NCBI GenBank assembly: GCA_965202585.1
Contig: OZ241832.1
Span: 60,698,001 to 60,762,000 of the forward strand
Length of the DNA stretch: 64,000 nt
Direction: 5' to 3'
DNA from: Thalia democratica
Lineage: Eukaryota
The notes beneath the pieces are model-generated. The model saw only the letters and a program-made list of their open reading frames with translations, was not told where the DNA came from and made no database searches. Made by a program: the position numbers and the translations under genes. Every line of letters begins with the position of its first letter. Position 1 is the stretch's first letter. This document shows, one piece after another, positions 58,311 through 64,000 of the stretch.

Positions 58311-61300
58311 TTTCTTTTTGCAGTTGTTTGCAAATTAACCGTTTTGCTTTGAAGAAGTCTACTTTTTTGAAGACAAAATGTTGATTTAAATTACTGATCT
58401 TGTATTAGAAATATATGTTATTTATTAAAGGCTTACGGAAAACAGTTACAACAACAATAATAAAAAAATAACTACAGGTTTTAAATTTTGTTTATAGCAC
58501 CGTACTAACAGTTAGTAGTAAAAATGTTTTATTTTATCTCCACCCTCTATTGAAAAATCATGCATCTTGAGTTTAATAAAATTCCGTTCATTTTAAATAA
58601 AAATTTTTATAAATTTTTTTTATTCGAAACGTGCCAACCGACAAAAGCGAGCTTATTGAAAACATTTCAACAAAAAACAACTCCCTCCTCGTTCGACTTC
58701 CTTGTTGGGGAGTTTCCCTCCAGCTGAAGCGAAACTCCTCGTGAAGAAGCAAAGAGAGCTTCTTTTGTGCGACGTCACTTTTTTTTCTTGAAAAATTTTT
58801 GTTAGTGACGTCACTTAGTTTTTTTGTGAACTTATCTCCCCTCCATGTCATCTGAGTCGTCTCTTGCAGTTATTATTATTTTTTTTAAATATTTGTACAA
58901 CTGTTTTATGTTTGTTTTGTTTGATGAAGGATTTTTAATTGGAAGCTGAACTATATGTGCCGTGTCAAACTTGTTTTGAATATTTTTGTTTGAATTTTAT
59001 ATTTTGTAATTGTTTTACTGAACTAGTTTTGATAAAGTTTTTAAATGTGAAAAACAAGGATTCTTGGATAACTCAAATATGTTAATAAAGAATTAATGAA
59101 GTTGATCTTTAAGTGTCAATAAGTTTTAGATTTTCATGAAGTTAGTTATAAAATGATTTTTTACGTTGCTAACAAAAATTATTTAGTTTTAAAGAAAACA
59201 GTTATAATAGTATTTATATTATATTACGGTTATTTTGTTTATTTTTTCAAGTATAGACTTGAATTACTGATCTATTAGTATGTACTTTTAAGTTTTTTTC
59301 GTGTTGCTTTGTTTATAAGAGTTGATGTTAGACAAAAAATTTTACTTACGTTAAGTTTTTCGTCAAGTTATATGAGAAATTATAAAATGCATATTTCATT
59401 AAATATTTTTGCTTAAATTGTGGTTAACATTACAATAACTATTTATTAGAATGTTGTTAATATATTTTACAACTTTAGAAAAAAATGTTAATAATGTATT
59501 CCCAAAAATAAAAACTAAAATTATTTTACTTGCATTTATTATGTACTTCTAAAAACAAATACTTAAAATTTTGCACTATTCTTTTTATTAACAAAAAAAT
59601 ATTTGATATCTTGTACATTGAGTTTATTTTTAAAGTCATGTTTTAATGATTTTGAACAAGAACCTTTTTACATGTGCCTAACTTCTTTTAAAATACAAAC
59701 GTAATAAAACCTTAACTTTGTGTGTTTATCTTTATGTGAAGACTTGATAAAAAATTATAATTATTCAATATTTATAATACATTTTTTAATGTTATAATAG
59801 TCTTCAGTAGAACAAAAGCGATAAACTACAATTTCAACTAAATTTTGTTCGTATTTTCGTGTGTAACAACTAGAACTACTTAGCTCAGAATGTTTCATTT
59901 CAAACAATTTTTTTTTGTGAAGCTCGAACATTCGAGCCCAATCATCATTACCGAACACAGTCTTGTTGCTGGAAGTTGTTTGTGACGTCACAATGAAAAG
60001 TAGCCTTGTGATGTCATAGTTGTCAGTGTCTTAGAATTCGTCTCTTTGTGCGAATTCTTTATAACACCGTCTTAGTAATTTATTGGTTTTTTAATTTTTT
60101 CATTACTTAATATAGAATTTAAACTAAAAATATTTTATGTGTTTTTTTACTTTTTACCTAGTTTTCTTTAGCTTTTAAGTGATCTACAAAGAGTTTTAAC
60201 TACACTGAAAGATGTTAATAAAATCTATTTCCCTTTCCCCTTAGTGTATGTTGAATTTTGTTTCGTTTTATGTCTTCTTACTTGTCTTCATTTATCATGA
60301 AACTTACATTTTTGATGTAGAAAGAACCTCTTTACTTTTATACTAGAAGTAATTAAACTTTAAAACTTCTAAAAGTGTGTACTTAACCAAAAGCTACATA
60401 GTTTTTACAAAACTTAACTTAGACTTGTACGAATTTTTTTTATAAGTTTGCTAACTTAAAACACTTAAACAAACTTTTTATTAATTACTTTGTATAAAAG
60501 TGTGTGTTTGTCATATTTTTTATGTCTAAGAATTTATATTTTATTAAAACAAATAAAATATTTTGTACTATGATGCTACTTGTTATTTTATTGTTCTAAA
60601 CGATTATGTAAATAAGTTATGTCTTATTTTTCTAGTAACATCTAAGAATGTTTAATATCTAAACATAGATGTCATTTTGGCAAAATTTTAAGTCTAAATA
60701 TGACTTTTTTACACAGGGACGTAATAAAACAAGACTTTTTAAACATTAATACATGATTAAATGTGTCTTAAATCAACAAATTAAAAATACTTTGACATGA
60801 AAACAAAACTTATATACTTACGTGTGTTTTTCTAGTTTTCTGCAATTAGCATTGCAATTAGCATTGATAAACAGTTAGTGACCTTAGCTTGAAAAGATGC
60901 TATCATTGATTATTACTTAACGTATAACAGTTTTTTCAACTAATTTAACCAGAATATGATTTACTAATAATTTCAATTATTTATTCACTGGGTTAAGATC
61001 ACTTTTTTCAAGTTTGTATTCAACTGTATTAATTTTTTTCATATACCAAGTCAATCACATAAAATAAGCAAATACAACTCTGCTCAAATTTAAAAACTTT
61101 AAAGAGCTTCAGATAAAAGATTCAGTGATTCCAAGTTTGTTCTAAAACTACAGTTTCGCAGTGGTATTGCTACAAGTGATCATTATATGAAAAGATAGAA
61201 AATCACAACATATAAATTATAATGAAAGCAACAAAATCTGTACTCAACATCAGCAGCTAGTTTGGATCAAAACAAACAAAAACAACAGCAGTGTCTTGTT

Positions 61301-64000
61301 TGACACAACCATGGAAAGGAAGGAACAGTGCAGAGATTTGTAAAATAGTAAGTTTACACATATTGAATGGCATAAAAAGTAAACTAGATGGAATATAAGT
61401 CGGTGTTTATAGAGACGATGGTTTTATAGAGATTGAAAAAAATAAAAGTGGACCAGATATCACGAAAGTAAAGAAGAAAATGCACGAATATGCAAACGAA
61501 ATAGAGATCAAAATTGAATAAGAAAACCCAGCATACGAAGTTAATTGCCTAGATCTCAACCTATACTCCAGAAATGGAACATTCCACCCATACAGAAAAT
61601 CAAACAACGGAATTAAATATATTGTTTTAAATTCAAACCATCCTCACACAATCACAAAGCAAATACCAAGTATGATTGAAAAAAGGACCAACAAATACTA
61701 AAGTAATAAAGAACTATTCGATTCATCAAAGTGCGCATACAATGAAGCACTAAAAAGAAGTGGATACAGCAAAAATATCAAACGCATCGATAAGATTAAT
61801 ACCACAACCAAAAAAAGGTAAAAAGACAAATAGAAAACGAAAAGTATTGTGGTTCAACCCACCGTATGACAAGGCAGTAAAAACAAACAAAGGCAGAAAC
61901 TTCATAAAAATAATAATTAAACATTTTGGCCAAAAGAGTAAAATGAAGAAATTCATCAATAAAAATAATGCAAGGATCAGATACTCCTGCATGATTAACA
62001 TTGAAAACACAATAAAACATCATAACTCCAAGATACTCAAAGCCAATAAAGATAAAAATAGTTCAAAAACTATTGCAGTTGCAATAACAAAAAAAAATAC
62101 AAATGTCCAATGAAAAAAACACAAATTTTGAATGAAAAAATTAAAATAAATGTAGAAAAGAAGGTGTCATATAGAGGCTAGAAAAAGTCCTAATAACGAC
62201 TGAATATATAGGACAAACAGAAAACGAAACCAAGGAAAGAATCGCAGCGCATAGAATAAAACTTAAGACCGACCCAAATAAGAAGAGCCATTTAAAATAT
62301 AAGAACTAAACTAAACTATCTAAAGAGATTCACAAATTGAAAGAAAAGAACCAAGAATATAAAAGTCTTTGGAGTTGAGTCAAACACATCCGAAAAACCA
62401 GACAAGGATAAGACACCTGCAAACTATGTTTAACAGAAGCCCTAGCAATTCTAGAGGAGAAAAGGAACTGTACCAACAGAAGAAACGAACTCATGAACAC
62501 ATGAAGACATCAAGCAAAGTACATACTAAAAAACTGGAAAAAGCAAAGCAAAGTGCTCTATATAGTTTTCAATGTCTGTAGTACTTGTTTTTATGTTTTT
62601 GTACCAAAATTTTATTTTTGTTACATGTAATTTTCTTTAAGTTTTTATGCTCTAAGTTTATACCGTGAACTTTGTTTACCTAATCTACTAATCTCTTTTA
62701 CTATCATAAAGTACCAAAAGCAAACTAATTAACAACTATAATTAAAAACAATAAACACAAACAACTATTTTTCAATATATAAACAGCCATTAGTAGTGGT
62801 TTTGCAAGTTTTGTTTAACTAATGAGCACTTATAGTAATACCACTGCGTTACTGTAGTTTTAGAATAAACTTGGAATCACTGAATCTTTTATCATATACT
62901 AAATCAAAAAAAAGATTAAACTAAAATCAATTATTAAAAAATACATGTTAAATTACAATAAAAAGCGTATTTAACAAATTATACAAGCTGATAAATCAAA
63001 GTGTTACTAGAAAGTACACATTTTAAACTTACTTAACATTTTTCTTTTTATCAGAAAAATTTCTCAAGTATTGAAATAACACGAGTTCAAAACTACTCCA
63101 TTTTTTTTGTAAATCTACAGGTTGTAAAAACATTAAAATGTTTATTAGTCGCAAGGTACTAGTAGCTGTAATAATATTTTAGTTTAAATAAGCTTTGGGT
63201 CGTCAGAAATGATGAAAAAGATCAATGATAAATAGTTATAAGTTTATAAATTCAGTTTCGCAGATAGTAAATAAATAACATTAAACTAATTGAATAAGGT
63301 AGAAAACAAAAGATTTCTTGAGTGGACCAAAATCTTGAACTGACTCAAACCGTTAAACCAACGTGAGTTGTTTTTAATTTCAGTTTTTGTTCAAACTCAC
63401 ATGAAAATGTTAAGGTAACTAAGTGATAATAAACTATATCTTAACTCCAACTTCAATGCATTCAAAATTTATAATTTGATAAATACCACAAGCCTTCAAC
63501 ATACAAAATTTATTGGCTTATACAGTTACAAACACAAGTGTAAGTTTCGCTTTGTTGTGATATCCTGGGATGTTTCTGTGAAAAAATAAACTTTTACTAT
63601 TTCAGAGTTTGATTTGTTTGTATTTATATATTTTGATTTTTTTTTGTATATCTTTTAAGGATGTTGAGACTGTTAAACACACAAAACAAAACAGTTGTAC
63701 AGTTTTTATTTTATAGTTAATATTAAAACGTTCAATAAACAAACAGTCTTGAAATCAAAGTTATTATCAAATGATCAAAAAATACACAACCTAAAGGAAT
63801 CAAAACTAAATACTTTTAGTTTTGTTTCCTTGAGGTGAAACAACCTACTTGCTTGCCACCTACTTGCTACCTTGCACTTTTTGTAGTTCTTTAATTTTCT
63901 ACGTAGCTAGAAACATATACTTAACATCGAATCATACTCTTCTGCTACCAGTAGAAAGCACCTGAAAGTCAAGTTGGCAGCTTCTTTTTTTAATCCTTTT
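58311..64000 (+). repeat. Segmental tandem duplication, copy B (runs off the window)
   Basis: Starts tttctttttgcagttgtttgcaaattaaccg versus tttctttttgctgttgttcgctaaattaaccg at 51086; contains the same UTR blocks and PLE. Confidence 0.95.
61112..62893 (+). mobile_element. Decayed Penelope-like retroelement, copy B
   Basis: GVYRDDGF at 61402-61425; PYRKSNNGIKYIVLNSNHPHTITKQIPSMIEKR; ORF 61760-62113 contains RKRKVLWFNPPYDKAVKTNKGRNFIKIIIKHF; inverted repeats at 61112-61185 and 62820-62893. Confidence 0.9.

Noticed and set aside
58588-59991. Minus-strand ORFs at 58588-58851 and 59761-59991 in conserved UTR blocks
   Set aside because: The 59761-59991 frame is broken by a frameshift and a stop in copy A. 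The 58588-58851 ORF has no recognisable domain, and I did not test its frame in copy A.
54061-62010. Hydrophobic minus-strand ORFs over the PLE copies
   Set aside because: Antisense artefacts of A-rich retroelement sequence.

Overview
This is an AT-rich animal genomic window (eukaryotic, not prokaryotic), with short, mostly GC-rich exons in long introns. The supplied ORF track is largely uninformative because the genes are spliced. All annotation was done by eye, so coordinates may be off by a few nt. (1) 1.5-5.6 kb: the last two + strand exons of an MRH (mannose-6-phosphate receptor homology) domain gene. (2) 12.8-50.9 kb: a complete 17-coding-exon, + strand class I bHLH E-protein gene (TCF3/TCF4/TCF12/daughterless family). 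Every intron phase I reconstructed is compatible, giving 1827 nt or 608 aa. There are several candidate internal promoters and Met-only first exons. (3) 51.1-64 kb: a tandem duplication with a period of about 7.2 kb, carrying most of the E-protein 3' UTR plus a decayed Penelope-like retroelement bounded by inverted repeats. Also present are two stand-alone hammerhead-ribozyme motifs, several MITEs and a hAT-like element with a 6-bp TSD. The most unusual signal is a recurrent pattern of 'exon-edge echoes' in both genes. These are short local duplications of half an exon plus its splice site. Many keep the reading frame and differ from the real exon mostly at silent positions. One of them (43190-43264) has its own acceptor and donor and would act as a poison or bHLH-less terminal exon.
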